Notes under the pieces: generated by a model | Database searches by the model: none | Told to the model about the DNA's origin: nothing | What the model saw: the letters and a program-made list of their open reading frames with translations, nothing else | Program-made: the position numbers and the translations under genes | Part shown: piece after piece, positions 14,686 to 24,283 of the stretch | How positions within the stretch are numbered: position 1 is the stretch's first letter | Layout: each line of letters starts with the position of its first letter | Virus record (IMG/VR): IMGVR_UViG_3300038675_000378 | Coordinates: 1 to 27,768 of that record | DNA from: a virus | Lineage: Duplodnaviria > Caudoviricetes | Direction: 5' to 3' (one strand) | Length of the DNA stretch: 27,768 nt

Positions 14686-15137
14686 TAGACCCTCCGAAAC
14701 GCTAATACGAAAGAAACAGGCGCAGTCTGAATCACGGGGGACCCCGCGCTCCCCGTCCTAAGACGGAGGCACGGAACGGCTAAGAGAGCCGAAGGAAACA
14801 ACGGAACGAACCGTTTCCGGGCTTGCGCCGATAGGCTCGTTAATTTTATCGTGCATTCGGTGTCGTTGGAATCGAAAAGGTCTTCCCAACCCGAATCGAA
14901 GTCAGGATCATCCGGTTCAAGAAAATTTGCTTGAAGAGTTATGTCTGCGGGGGCCGCTAGTTCGGATGGAATAGAAATCCCGACGCAACGGGCATCCCCT
15001 TGCATCTTGTAGCGGTCATCGTCGCTGTCGACGGATTCGGTAGGCGAACGACAAAACCCCAAATCGACGTGGGAGGAAAAAGAATCCCCCGACTGGATCG
15101 TTACAGTTTTTCTAAAAAGGGCAGTATTGTCTGGCAT
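14685..15137 (-). CDS. Hypothetical virion-associated beta-sandwich protein
   Basis: 150 aa; TVTIQSGDSFSSHVDL...LRLRTGSAGSPVIQ; AAGGAG RBS. Confidence 0.7.
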   Translation of the reverse strand: MPDNTALFRKTVTIQSGDSFSSHVDLGFCRSPTESVDSDDDRYKMQGDARCVGISIPSELAAPADITLQANFLEPDDPDFDSGWEDLFDSNDTECTIKLTSLSAQARKRFVPLFPSALLAVPCLRLRTGSAGSPVIQTAPVSFVLAFRRV

Positions 15138-15158
15138 TTGCCTCTCCTTTGCGCGGGA

Positions 15159-15311
15159 TTACCCACAAACGATAATAACAACGGGTTGCGCTTCCGAAAC
15201 GGGCGAAACATTCTCTCGAAGAACTTCTATAGCACATTGCGTTACCCTTGCAAAGCGGGTTTCCGGTGTGCTCAAAATCTCAATGGCTACTTGGGTTAAG
15301 CGTTCGCTCAT
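15159..15311 (-). CDS. Small tail-associated protein (50 aa, not in ORF track)
   Basis: MSERLTQVAIEILSTPETRFARVTQCAIEVLRENVSP...; internal repeat RxTQxAIExL; ATGA overlap with upstream gene. Confidence 0.65.
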   Translation of the reverse strand: MSERLTQVAIEILSTPETRFARVTQCAIEVLRENVSPVSEAQPVVIIVCG

Positions 15312-16327
15312 GCAGCAACCTCATAGCCAAACTCCGCCGCATTGATCGCGCTCTCTGTCCAAGCGGTCGATGTCGTCGGATCGGTTTCAAAGATGGTCAT
15401 TTGATCGACATACGAATCACCAAGGCTCTGCGCGGCCCCGTTCGCATCTGTTCCACCCGAACGAACCAACGGCATCAGAGTTCTCGTCCCCGCGTCGTCT
15501 TTTCGAGCAATGAGATTTGTCTGAATCCCGAAAATCGTAGCACCTGTTCCCGATAGCGTTGTGAAGCCAAAGCTATCTTTCATTCCTGCTGTATCGCCGG
15601 AATTGTAGGAAGTGTTGTTGTCAGGGGGAACCTCGTCCACATTGGCCCAGTTATTCGCGCTTCCGGTTGGCGTAAACTGTGCATAAGTCCCTGCCTCTGT
15701 CGGGAGAAGAGTATCGACTCTGCAATCCCCAAGATAATCATTGTTTGTGCTTCCGTCTGTACTACACACATATAAATCATCGTAATGGTTATATGCGGAA
15801 TTCGTCGTCGTCGGGCCGAAGGCCAAAGAAGTCACCCCCGCAACCGCCGTCCCCTTCGTGTCGCCAGTATAGCTGATCCAAACAACTCCGTTCACCCGCA
15901 CCTCGAAAAGCCCGGTTGTGTCGTGAACAGTCAGCTTAATCTCAATATAGTTCCAAGAATCTGCGACGATGAAATCACTAGATTCTTGGAGAAGAGTCCC
16001 GTCATATTCTCCGCGCCGCGCTTGGAGTACCCCTGTCGTCAGCCCCGTTAACGTGGCTTGATACCCTCCGGCAGAATCCCGAAAAGAGATAATTCGTCCA
16101 GCGTAAAGGGATGTGGCCTTATAGGCGAATCCGACAATTAGGGTATCTTCGGTACTGGGGAGGGTTTTATACAAATAGGCGCTGCTATTTCTCAAACGTA
16201 TTGCCAAGCTCGATGGCCTCCGCCCCTCCACCATTGCCGTGTACGCTGTGTTCGGGGCATTCGCATATTTTAGCGCCGTTGTCGCGGCGGAAAAATGGTC
16301 AAACCCGTCAACGAAAAGAAGAGACAT
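15308..16327 (-). CDS. Virion structural/tail fibre protein with lectin-like beta domain
   Basis: MSLLFVDGFD, WNYIEIKL, EVRVNG, YDDLYV, WTESAINAAEFG; lies in the tail module. Confidence 0.75.
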   Translation of the reverse strand: MSLLFVDGFDHFSAATTALKYANAPNTAYTAMVEGRRPSSLAIRLRNSSAYLYKTLPSTEDTLIVGFAYKATSLYAGRIISFRDSAGGYQATLTGLTTGVLQARRGEYDGTLLQESSDFIVADSWNYIEIKLTVHDTTGLFEVRVNGVVWISYTGDTKGTAVAGVTSLAFGPTTTNSAYNHYDDLYVCSTDGSTNNDYLGDCRVDTLLPTEAGTYAQFTPTGSANNWANVDEVPPDNNTSYNSGDTAGMKDSFGFTTLSGTGATIFGIQTNLIARKDDAGTRTLMPLVRSGGTDANGAAQSLGDSYVDQMTIFETDPTTSTAWTESAINAAEFGYEVAA

Positions 16328-16338
16328 AACGCGGCTCC

Positions 16339-17016
16339 TTATAACCTAGTTCCGGCAAGGGAAAAACCCAAGCCTTCGAGAGTGTCGTCCGCCGTTGCGG
16401 GAGCCACCACCGTCAAAATGTCTCCTGCCGCAAAATCAGTATTTGACGCGGCGGCGAAAGTCGCAGTTGACGCACCAACACCAAAGGTCATGGTTCCAAA
16501 CTCCGTTCCGTTTTTCTTCAACGAGAAGACGGTACTTCCGGTTGCCGCTACGCTCGAAACGCCTTGACTATTCGATAAGCCAGAAGGGAAACGAACAGCG
16601 CGAGGAACAGGATAACGGAGCATCACGAGCGAGGCTGTCGGTTTGCCAACGTAACTCCCGCCAACATCGTAAGGGGACGCAGCCCCCGTCGGCAACGCAG
16701 CCCAAGCCGAGCCGTTAAACCAAACAAAGGCATCCTCGTCTTCAACCGCCGCAAGCATCCCCTTTTTCGGAGTCAAATAGACCCACGCGGAATTGTCATA
16801 AAGGGCGATCTGTCCTTCGGGGCTTCCGTCAGGGTCAATGTAGATGTCGCCCTGACTCGGGGAGCCGGGTAGCGAGGTTGTACGCGAAATAACCGAAAGT
16901 TGCGTCAACGCAGATAGGGTTCGGATGTTTTCGTCGTTCTTTGTCTTCCAGCCGTTAGAACCGGGGTTCCAAAACGCCGTTAAGCCGAGACCCGGTAAAG
17001 TTCGTTCACCCGCCAA
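16339..17016 (-). CDS. DUF2793-containing tail fibre/adaptor protein
   Basis: QLSVISRTTSLPGSPSQGDIYI...IALYDNSAWVYLTPKKG...VEDE...FNGSAW; TTG start after GGAGG. Confidence 0.8.
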   Translation of the reverse strand: MAGERTLPGLGLTAFWNPGSNGWKTKNDENIRTLSALTQLSVISRTTSLPGSPSQGDIYIDPDGSPEGQIALYDNSAWVYLTPKKGMLAAVEDEDAFVWFNGSAWAALPTGAASPYDVGGSYVGKPTASLVMLRYPVPRAVRFPSGLSNSQGVSSVAATGSTVFSLKKNGTEFGTMTFGVGASTATFAAASNTDFAAGDILTVVAPATADDTLEGLGFSLAGTRL

Positions 17017-19291
17017 GTGTGCCTCCGTAATCGTTCCCGTAGTTTCGACCGTAGCCGTAAAGATCGAACGTCACGATCTCCGCCCGCCCTTGAATAGATT
17101 CAAACCCATCGCGTTCAGACAAAAAGACTACGCGAGGGTTCCTCTCGTAATCGAACGAGGCGTATGGTACGCTAAAACTCGTCCCCGATAAAGAGGTATG
17201 TTCGGCTAAAACGTCCCCCCACTCCGTCTCGATTCGGATTGTGGTCGTCTGCCCGTCCTCCGGCGTGACGTTACTATCCGCCCATCGCGCGAATGTCGCG
17301 TCTTCCACCAAGCGGTTTCGGTTGGCCCAAGCCACGGGAACAACGGAAGGCTCTTCTTCATAGACCTTTGCCGCAAAAAAAGACCCATCAACCGACGTAT
17401 TGGCTGGCCGGAAAGGCCGATAGGGTCGATCTGTAGGGGTAAAGTTGGTTAGGGGGGTTGATCCCAAGGGAAGAATCCCCAAAGACGTGCGCGTTCTAAG
17501 ATAATAATCAATCTCTCCGTCTGCCACGCGCTCCGTCCGGTCGGTGGTTGAATCGAGGAATGTCACGACCCATACGGGGGTTCCGGCGGGCCAATCTTTT
17601 GGGACGGTATCATAAACCCCCCTAAGAAGCTCGTAAGTGGCCGTCTCCTCCGTGTAGGTGTTCACCGCGACCCATTCGCAGTCCGCATCCCCAAGCGATC
17701 CTATAACGAGGAAATCCCCGTTCGTGGGCGCGGGGCGGTTTCCGATAAAGTCGGAGAAAGGATCAACGACGGTGGATGTCGCCGCCGCAACCAAAGAAGA
17801 GGATAATGTCGCCCTCGCGGACATAAGTTTGGTTCCGAGGTTCCCGATATAAATCTCCCCGGTCGAACGCACTTTCTCCCCGTACAAATCGAAGTTTACC
17901 GCATCGGAGCTTGAGTGCGCCGCGAGAAGGCCGGGCAAGACCTTTGGATAATCCTTGTCGGGATCGTCGGTAGAAACGATTGCCGCTTTGATAAGCGGGG
18001 GGATCGGCATCGTATAAAACTGCGCATAGGTCATTTCCGTTGGGTCTTCACCCGGATCGACCCAAGCCGACCCCGGCGGATTTTCCCAAACACCGGAGTC
18101 GAGGGCGAAAACGTCTTCCATGACGGAGAGTTTGATCGTCGGGGAGCCGGGCTTTCCGTAATCAATCGCACCGACACGAACGACCATATCTGAAAGCCCG
18201 TCCTCTGGAATGGACAGCTTTAAGACATCGCCAGGAACAACATCCCAGAAAGAACGATCCGCCTCAACCTCCGCCGAGAGTAACGGCGCGGAAGCAGAAC
18301 GAAGATCGCGCTCTGCTAATGTCGCGGCAAGCGCAGAACGGCGAACCCCATAATAGTTCCTCGTGTCGGACACGATACCGCCCTGCATGGCGATGTTCCC
18401 GTTGTCCTGAACGGACACGGTTTCCTCTTCCTCGGATTCTGGGTTCGTCCATGTCACGACAATCTCGTTTATCGTCTCACTCCAAGCCTTCCTTTGGCGA
18501 CTCGTTATTCGGCAGTTGTCCGGCGTGAGTTCCCGAAGATCGTCTGAATCGTAATCCCCGCGAATAAGTTTGATCGACAGCAACCCTGTTTTCAGATCAA
18601 CGAAAACCGTCGCAAGGATATGGTCGATAATCTCACTAACAAAGTTCTCGATGGATGATTGCTTCGTCCAGAGGAGGCACAAGCCGAACTGCTCGTTATA
18701 GAGCGTAACCGCCGCCGCCTCAAACGCGGCAACATCAATACTGCTCGACGGGAGGCCCATGCCCCAATCCGTGTTCGTTAGGCACTCATAGATGATGTGC
18801 GCGGGATTGGCCTCAACATCTCCTCCGCTAACTTGAATACTTTGATAAGACGAAGACAGACCCTTCGCAACACGAGTTGCTTTTATCCATGTCGAAACGA
18901 GGTATGGGTTGTTCTGACCCCACAGAAAACCCTCTGAGCCAGACCCATGAAAGAAAATCGAAGACAACCCGCGATAGCCGGGCATCGTAGCTCCCGTCAA
19001 ACCGAACTTTGCTGCAAGTTCATCCGGCATGACCTGAGAAGGCCCACCGGGGAGATAAGTGAAATACCCTTGAATCCCCCCCTCTTTCGCATCTCCGCCA
19101 AACAAGTCCATAAGATCAAGCCGTATTTTCGTCTGCGCGGTAAGTGTCCCAGACCAAGCCGTTCGATCTTCTTTCACGATGATCGCGGAGATAGAATCCA
19201 CCGGGCCGTGGCAAATCCCGTAATGGATGCTCATATGGTAGTTCGTCACAAGATATGACGAAGAAGACCCACCTTTCCCCCCGCTACTCAT
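17006..19291 (-). CDS. Tail tip/central hub protein (phage tail protein)
   Basis: MSSGGKGG start, ICHGPVD, DLFGGD..EGG, ANPAHIIYECLTN.DWG, KLIRGDYD, LRGVYDTVP, terminal GYGRNYGNDYGG. Confidence 0.88.
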   Translation of the reverse strand: MSSGGKGGSSSSYLVTNYHMSIHYGICHGPVDSISAIIVKEDRTAWSGTLTAQTKIRLDLMDLFGGDAKEGGIQGYFTYLPGGPSQVMPDELAAKFGLTGATMPGYRGLSSIFFHGSGSEGFLWGQNNPYLVSTWIKATRVAKGLSSSYQSIQVSGGDVEANPAHIIYECLTNTDWGMGLPSSSIDVAAFEAAAVTLYNEQFGLCLLWTKQSSIENFVSEIIDHILATVFVDLKTGLLSIKLIRGDYDSDDLRELTPDNCRITSRQRKAWSETINEIVVTWTNPESEEEETVSVQDNGNIAMQGGIVSDTRNYYGVRRSALAATLAERDLRSASAPLLSAEVEADRSFWDVVPGDVLKLSIPEDGLSDMVVRVGAIDYGKPGSPTIKLSVMEDVFALDSGVWENPPGSAWVDPGEDPTEMTYAQFYTMPIPPLIKAAIVSTDDPDKDYPKVLPGLLAAHSSSDAVNFDLYGEKVRSTGEIYIGNLGTKLMSARATLSSSLVAAATSTVVDPFSDFIGNRPAPTNGDFLVIGSLGDADCEWVAVNTYTEETATYELLRGVYDTVPKDWPAGTPVWVVTFLDSTTDRTERVADGEIDYYLRTRTSLGILPLGSTPLTNFTPTDRPYRPFRPANTSVDGSFFAAKVYEEEPSVVPVAWANRNRLVEDATFARWADSNVTPEDGQTTTIRIETEWGDVLAEHTSLSGTSFSVPYASFDYERNPRVVFLSERDGFESIQGRAEIVTFDLYGYGRNYGNDYGGTLGG

Positions 19292-19484
19292 TTTCCGCCA
19301 CCCTTCTTTTCGCCTCACGGGCAACGGCAAGTGCGTAAGCGTCGTCCGTCGCCTCAAGCTTTGTCACGTCAATTCCCTCTTTAACAAACGACCTAAAATC
19401 GAAGCCCATGCCCGACATCCAACGACGCACCTGTTTCAAACAGAATCCGAGTTTCCGGCAATCGTGGACAGTCGCTCTTATCAT
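19284..19484 (-). CDS. Small tail assembly protein
   Basis: GFCLKQVRRW...GFDFRSFVKEGI; typical position between tail tip genes. Confidence 0.75.
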   Translation of the reverse strand: MIRATVHDCRKLGFCLKQVRRWMSGMGFDFRSFVKEGIDVTKLEATDDAYALAVAREAKRRVAENE

Positions 19485-19723
19485 TTTTTCCCGCCGTTCC
19501 CTTCTACCGTGTACGTCGTTGTCCGCTTCTCACCATACCATAAAATGTTCAAACCGGAGATTGTCATTGTCCCAAACAAAACAGGGATTGGTCGGCCCGC
19601 CTCTGCCGTCGGATCATCCATATCCGTCGTAGAGTCGGGCTGATCGGTTTTTGCTTTAGGGGCGATCAGATAGGCCACCGTAGAGATTGCCAAGCTGATA
19701 AGAAGAGCTACCCACCAAGCCAT
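19481..19723 (-). CDS. Small tail tip protein
   Basis: Hydrophobic N-terminus; PTAEAGRPIPVLFGT..ISGLNILWYG. Confidence 0.8.
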   Translation of the reverse strand: MAWWVALLISLAISTVAYLIAPKAKTDQPDSTTDMDDPTAEAGRPIPVLFGTMTISGLNILWYGEKRTTTYTVEGNGGKK

Positions 19724-19732
19724 GTCGCCTCC

Positions 19733-20566
19733 TTAGAAAAAAGGGTTCGTTTTAATCGGATTTTTAAAGGGTATCCATGGTTGCCCGCCAAAATTCAAGA
19801 TGTTCGCATGAAGATCACGGCAATCGTTCATCTTATGATTGCACCCAAGAATGACTGACACAGAAGTTCCGATAGCTAACCCCGTCGTGTTACCCGAAAG
19901 GGTGAGAGTTAGGCCGGATGCTATGCGAAGAATCGTCCGTGACTCCGTCCCACTTGCGCGTTCCCATTCTAACATACCTCCGAGGTATTTGTCTGTCGAA
20001 ATGGAACCGCTCCAACCGGACGGAAGCGTAACGGTGTTCCCTGTAAAAGCCTGAACCGTTGTCGCACTTGTGGCGGCAGTTCGATTAGCTAGGCATTGCC
20101 CGCCGTAGAGCGCGTGAGGGCAGCCATACTGATAATTCCTACGAAGACCCGACCGCTTGAATGTCGTACTAATAGGTTCGCATGAAAAGATCGCCTCGGA
20201 GTCTTTTCTCTCACAAGAGATTATCCGACCGATCCAGATCGGGACAAATTGCAAATCGGGGTCAGAGAGATGGCCCTCCCGTATCGTAAGAGACACGCCC
20301 CTACCAGGTGAATGGATTCGATAAAGCTCGGCCAACCCCGCCTCTGTCGGCATCGAGACTTCAATGGTCGCTTTATCAAGGGTGCCGCTCGAAGCCAAAC
20401 TTCCGCGATTCAACGGAAGCGGGTCGTACACCTTTCCGCCGTAAGTAATCGCTTGTTCCGCGTCCGTATATGCGAAATAGGAATCTGTTTCCGTTCCGTA
20501 AACGAACAGGTACAGGTTTACAGGCGCACCGGAATGTCGGCTTTCCTCGATACTCCCAAAGGTCAC
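19733..20566 (-). CDS. DUF2163/BR0599-family tail protein (Cys motif, probable Fe-S)
   Basis: YQYGCPHALYGGQC and GCNHKMNDC...NILNFGGQPWIP. Confidence 0.88.
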   Translation of the reverse strand: MTFGSIEESRHSGAPVNLYLFVYGTETDSYFAYTDAEQAITYGGKVYDPLPLNRGSLASSGTLDKATIEVSMPTEAGLAELYRIHSPGRGVSLTIREGHLSDPDLQFVPIWIGRIISCERKDSEAIFSCEPISTTFKRSGLRRNYQYGCPHALYGGQCLANRTAATSATTVQAFTGNTVTLPSGWSGSISTDKYLGGMLEWERASGTESRTILRIASGLTLTLSGNTTGLAIGTSVSVILGCNHKMNDCRDLHANILNFGGQPWIPFKNPIKTNPFF

Positions 20567-22263
20567 GACAAATCCTCCAAGGTTTTAAGGCTCATTTGAC
20601 ATTGCGCCACGGTGGACGATAGCCATTCCATCGTTAGGCTGTCCGACGCGAAACGGCAAACGGGTAACCAACAGATCATCCGAACGGTGTCTTCTGATAG
20701 CGCAAAATCAAAGGCCGTCGTTACGACGAGAGTTGAATCTACGCCCTCTAAATCATCTATCGTCCCAATCGACTCGACGACGCGAGGAAGCAACGTACCG
20801 TCTTTCTTCATAATCAATATCGCCTTAAATACCGTGGAATCTTTAAACGCGGTCGCGAAATCCGTCCCCTCGATACGGAGAACCCTCGAACCGACATCCA
20901 CGGTATCTTTTAGAATAATATCTGGCGACCAAGTTGGGTAATAGAACTCTCCCTGCTGGCCTTTCATCCGGCAGAACAATTTCCGAAGAGCCTCCGCGCC
21001 AGAAAAATCTCGACCGACGAAAGTGAAAGTCGTCGTTTGCGTCCCGAACTCGATAATCGTTTTTATTTCTGTGCGACCCCGATCATAGTCCACAACGTCA
21101 CGGGGCCACTCAAAAGAGACATCCGGTTGCGCCGCCCAATTCGGCCTGACCGTGAAAAGCTCTCGCCCCTTAAATGTCGTCCCTGCCGTGCCATAGTCTT
21201 CTTCCTCCTCGCTGCCGGGCGTTACCGAAAAATCCACGGAAACAGAAGCAACTCGATTCGTTTCCCGCGTAGCGGATACCGAAGCATCTAAACGCCCCGC
21301 GACCGAATAATAAAGTTTCGATCCGGCGGGAAATTCATAAGAAGATGCGCTCGTAAAAGTTACGACGTTTCCATCTACGTCTTGTACGATACGAACTTCG
21401 TGATGCTCTTTATGGGCAAGAATAATCGAGCCGCCGACAACAACCCAATCAGGGGCATCCTCCACCAAAACTACCGTTTGGCTCTCAGCATAAAGCGGCG
21501 AGGCCAAGGCCACGCTTCGTGGATACTCCGGTAAAAAGATCGTATTGTTTTGCCACAACGCCATCGTTTGTAAAAACGTGCGCCACGTCGCCCCATAAGG
21601 GGATGCCTCGAATTGAAATCGTTTTCTAGGCGTTTGACGTATCGCCCGCCGTTGCTCTCGTCCTGAGCGAGTCGTAATAATGTCCGTTCTAAACGAATAC
21701 TCGATGATGAACGCCGAAGACCAATTCGGATACACGGGGGAAATCTTCGCCCGCGTTCCGGTGGCCGACACAAACAGTTCTTCCCCCGTGCTGAACGAAA
21801 ACTCCACGAGCGCGTTCAGCGTCACCGCGCCTTCCTGAGACGCGACGAGGTTGTACTCCTTGGCTTCCAACGCCGAAAACGAAGACGGGAGGCTGGGGCC
21901 TTCGACATAGAGGTCTTCTGTTCCAGAAATGACAATCCCCGTCAAAGACGCGCTAGACAAATAGCCGTTCCAGACATAAACGGAACTTGACACCGTGGCG
22001 GAGATCGCGCCGAACGCAACTGTCTTCGGGTAGATGTGGAACCGATTGTAAAAATCATCGAAGAATGTTCGAATCTTGAACCCACTATCTTCTCGAAAAG
22101 CGGTGACGGAAATCGGTTGCTCGTTCGCATACGTCCCTGAAACTTGCGAAAGAGAATCTAAAAGGCTTCGAGAACCCACGAAATCAAATCGTGCGGAAAT
22201 CGCTGGGTTGTCACCCGGCCTTTCGATCAACTCCGATAACTGAAAACGGAACCCATCGGCCAT
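20563..22263 (-). CDS. Virion structural protein (distal tail-like)
   Basis: 566 aa; FRTDIITTRSGREQRRAIRQTPR, GQQGEFYYPTW, CRFASD; lies in the tail module. Confidence 0.8.
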   Translation of the reverse strand: MADGFRFQLSELIERPGDNPAISARFDFVGSRSLLDSLSQVSGTYANEQPISVTAFREDSGFKIRTFFDDFYNRFHIYPKTVAFGAISATVSSSVYVWNGYLSSASLTGIVISGTEDLYVEGPSLPSSFSALEAKEYNLVASQEGAVTLNALVEFSFSTGEELFVSATGTRAKISPVYPNWSSAFIIEYSFRTDIITTRSGREQRRAIRQTPRKRFQFEASPYGATWRTFLQTMALWQNNTIFLPEYPRSVALASPLYAESQTVVLVEDAPDWVVVGGSIILAHKEHHEVRIVQDVDGNVVTFTSASSYEFPAGSKLYYSVAGRLDASVSATRETNRVASVSVDFSVTPGSEEEEDYGTAGTTFKGRELFTVRPNWAAQPDVSFEWPRDVVDYDRGRTEIKTIIEFGTQTTTFTFVGRDFSGAEALRKLFCRMKGQQGEFYYPTWSPDIILKDTVDVGSRVLRIEGTDFATAFKDSTVFKAILIMKKDGTLLPRVVESIGTIDDLEGVDSTLVVTTAFDFALSEDTVRMICWLPVCRFASDSLTMEWLSSTVAQCQMSLKTLEDLS

Positions 22264-22266
22264 GGA

Positions 22267-23304
22267 TTACTCCTGACAATAGGCGAGGCCAAGGAAATAG
22301 CTCGTTTCATAGGGGTAGTAATACCCGCCCGATGGATTGCTTCCGCGATATGGCGAAGAGGTGGATAGGTTCTTAGAAAACTCAGGGAAGACCCGCCACG
22401 TAACGCCGCCAACATCAATCGCTTCGCCGGGTGTCAGATTCTTCATATTCACCAAACGTGCGCCCGCCGCATACCCCACGGGACGAACCTTCCCACCGGA
22501 ACCGAAGTAAGTGCTGTCCGAAACGAAGAGATTCACCGGAACGAGGATGTTCGCACCGGAATAGTCCGCGAAGCCGCGATACACCAGCCCCCCGTTGATA
22601 TTGTCCGCGTTGCCGCCAAAAATCTCTACACCCGCGAGGGCAGAAATTGCATTATCGGTTAACCCTCGATACTCGTAAAAAATACGCCAAGGATTCGCAT
22701 TATCGGCGTGGACAATGTTCGCTCCGCCATTTATTGCTGAACCGAAAATGCTGTTCACAAACCTAGCAGAAAACATATAGCGATGATCGACATTGGTCGG
22801 CGGATCGCCGTTATAAGAGATCGAACCGGAAGAACTAACAAAAGAGGATTGCGGATTGAACATATTGGCAGAGATCAATTCGCCGCCCGTGTAGTTCCCC
22901 TGTTTGACCAAGTTTCCGATATAGACGTGCCGATAGAGATTATACCCGCACTCAATCACGCAAACGATAAACGGCTCTGGGTCATAGACGGCGGGTGACC
23001 CTGCTGCGTCATTCCCAAACAAGTGAACCTTCGTCGGAAGTTGAACATCTGGATTCCCTGACGTTCCGTTAAGCCAAGGGAGTTGAGTATAAACCTGACG
23101 AGCGGAATCCGACGCATCCGTCACAAAAAGACGATGCTCCCTATTGTTCGTTCCGCCGATTGACGCGGTGATATTGAAAGACCGCCCGCCGCCTGGCCGG
23201 GTAATCGTCGTGCTGGAAACACCCCAACCCCGTGCCGACGCAAACGCAGCAATGACCGCAGGAATATCCGTGATAGCCGATACCGTGGTTTCTTGATAAG
23301 CCAT
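22267..23304 (-). CDS. Virion structural protein
   Basis: 345 aa; MAYQETT, YRHVYIG, WRVFP, GLAY; downstream of the tape measure gene. Confidence 0.75.
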   Translation of the reverse strand: MAYQETTVSAITDIPAVIAAFASARGWGVSSTTITRPGGGRSFNITASIGGTNNREHRLFVTDASDSARQVYTQLPWLNGTSGNPDVQLPTKVHLFGNDAAGSPAVYDPEPFIVCVIECGYNLYRHVYIGNLVKQGNYTGGELISANMFNPQSSFVSSSGSISYNGDPPTNVDHRYMFSARFVNSIFGSAINGGANIVHADNANPWRIFYEYRGLTDNAISALAGVEIFGGNADNINGGLVYRGFADYSGANILVPVNLFVSDSTYFGSGGKVRPVGYAAGARLVNMKNLTPGEAIDVGGVTWRVFPEFSKNLSTSSPYRGSNPSGGYYYPYETSYFLGLAYCQE

Positions 23305-23310
23305 ATTCGA

Positions 23311-24276
23311 TTACTCCAAAGCGACGGTCATGTAGTTGCGAAAGCTCGACCGGAAAACGTTCGGGACGACGAGGTGATCTACCGACGAAACGGTTATAAT
23401 ATTCTCTGCCGCGTTTCCGTACCCTTGGCAACGATTCACCCCATCGAGAAGGCCGTAGGTTTGCCCTTGACCTACGTTATTCAAAACCGCACAAGGCCAC
23501 AAAGCGCGATCCCCTCCGTACCCCTCCATCAAAGCATAAAGAACAAACTGAGGGGCGAGATAGGCGTTGTTCGTATCCGTCCCGAAATACTCGCCATTAG
23601 ACCCTATGTATCCCGGATAAACGGCGCAAGACGTTGCGGTTCCCGTGTCTGCCACTCGGAGCCACGTCCCTTCGGGAGATAACATCCACGCACTCGCCTC
23701 TACAGAACTGCTGTAGTATGGTTCTGCGAAAAAGCAATGGGCATCCGAGACAGACCGCCAATTCGCTGGCCCGTCGCTATCCTCCGGCCCCGCAGACCCG
23801 CCGATGAAGAGGGGGAGGGGATATGCCGTTGGGAGTGCGTAAGGCAGAATAAGCCCGCCGTACAAAGTCTCATAGACCGTCCCGATCTTCGCAACCACTA
23901 TAAACCGACGACCATTCGCCACAAACCAATATGTCATGGGATTGGCATCCAGAAACATCCGAACATAATCCGGCGTGACGTTAATATGCTCGTTAAATTG
24001 CGTGGCCGAAGCGAGATACCCCGTCATGCCGACTAACCGAATCGCATACGCCTCCGTTGCCACGTTCGCCGTGTACCGCATCCCGACATAAACGGAATCC
24101 GTTCCAGCAAGCCCCGGCCCCCTTAGAACTTTGTCCGTGGAATAGCTACCAGCACCCGACCAAACCTCCGACCACTCTTGCCCTGCCGCGACAAGATCGG
24201 TGTTAGTCGTCAAGAAGCTGACGAGCTTCGAGTAAAGATCAGCACCATCCGAGGCTGTTCCAGTTTCAACTGCCAT
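23311..24276 (-). CDS. Virion structural protein
   Basis: 321 aa; MAVETGTA, YWFVANGRRFIVVAK, PYALPTAYPLPLFIGG, GLLDGV. Confidence 0.78.
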   Translation of the reverse strand: MAVETGTASDGADLYSKLVSFLTTNTDLVAAGQEWSEVWSGAGSYSTDKVLRGPGLAGTDSVYVGMRYTANVATEAYAIRLVGMTGYLASATQFNEHINVTPDYVRMFLDANPMTYWFVANGRRFIVVAKIGTVYETLYGGLILPYALPTAYPLPLFIGGSAGPEDSDGPANWRSVSDAHCFFAEPYYSSSVEASAWMLSPEGTWLRVADTGTATSCAVYPGYIGSNGEYFGTDTNNAYLAPQFVLYALMEGYGGDRALWPCAVLNNVGQGQTYGLLDGVNRCQGYGNAAENIITVSSVDHLVVPNVFRSSFRNYMTVALE

Positions 24277-24283
24277 CTTACCC

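Noticed and set aside
17006-17065. C-terminal GYGRNYGNDYGG repeat of the tail hub
   Set aside because: A common ending in this tail protein family, not novel
14736-23001. Recurring GSP tripeptides in tail proteins as glycosylation sequons
   Set aside because: Only five instances in Gly/Ser/Pro-rich proteins, some in family-typical turns; not distinguishable from chance without statistics
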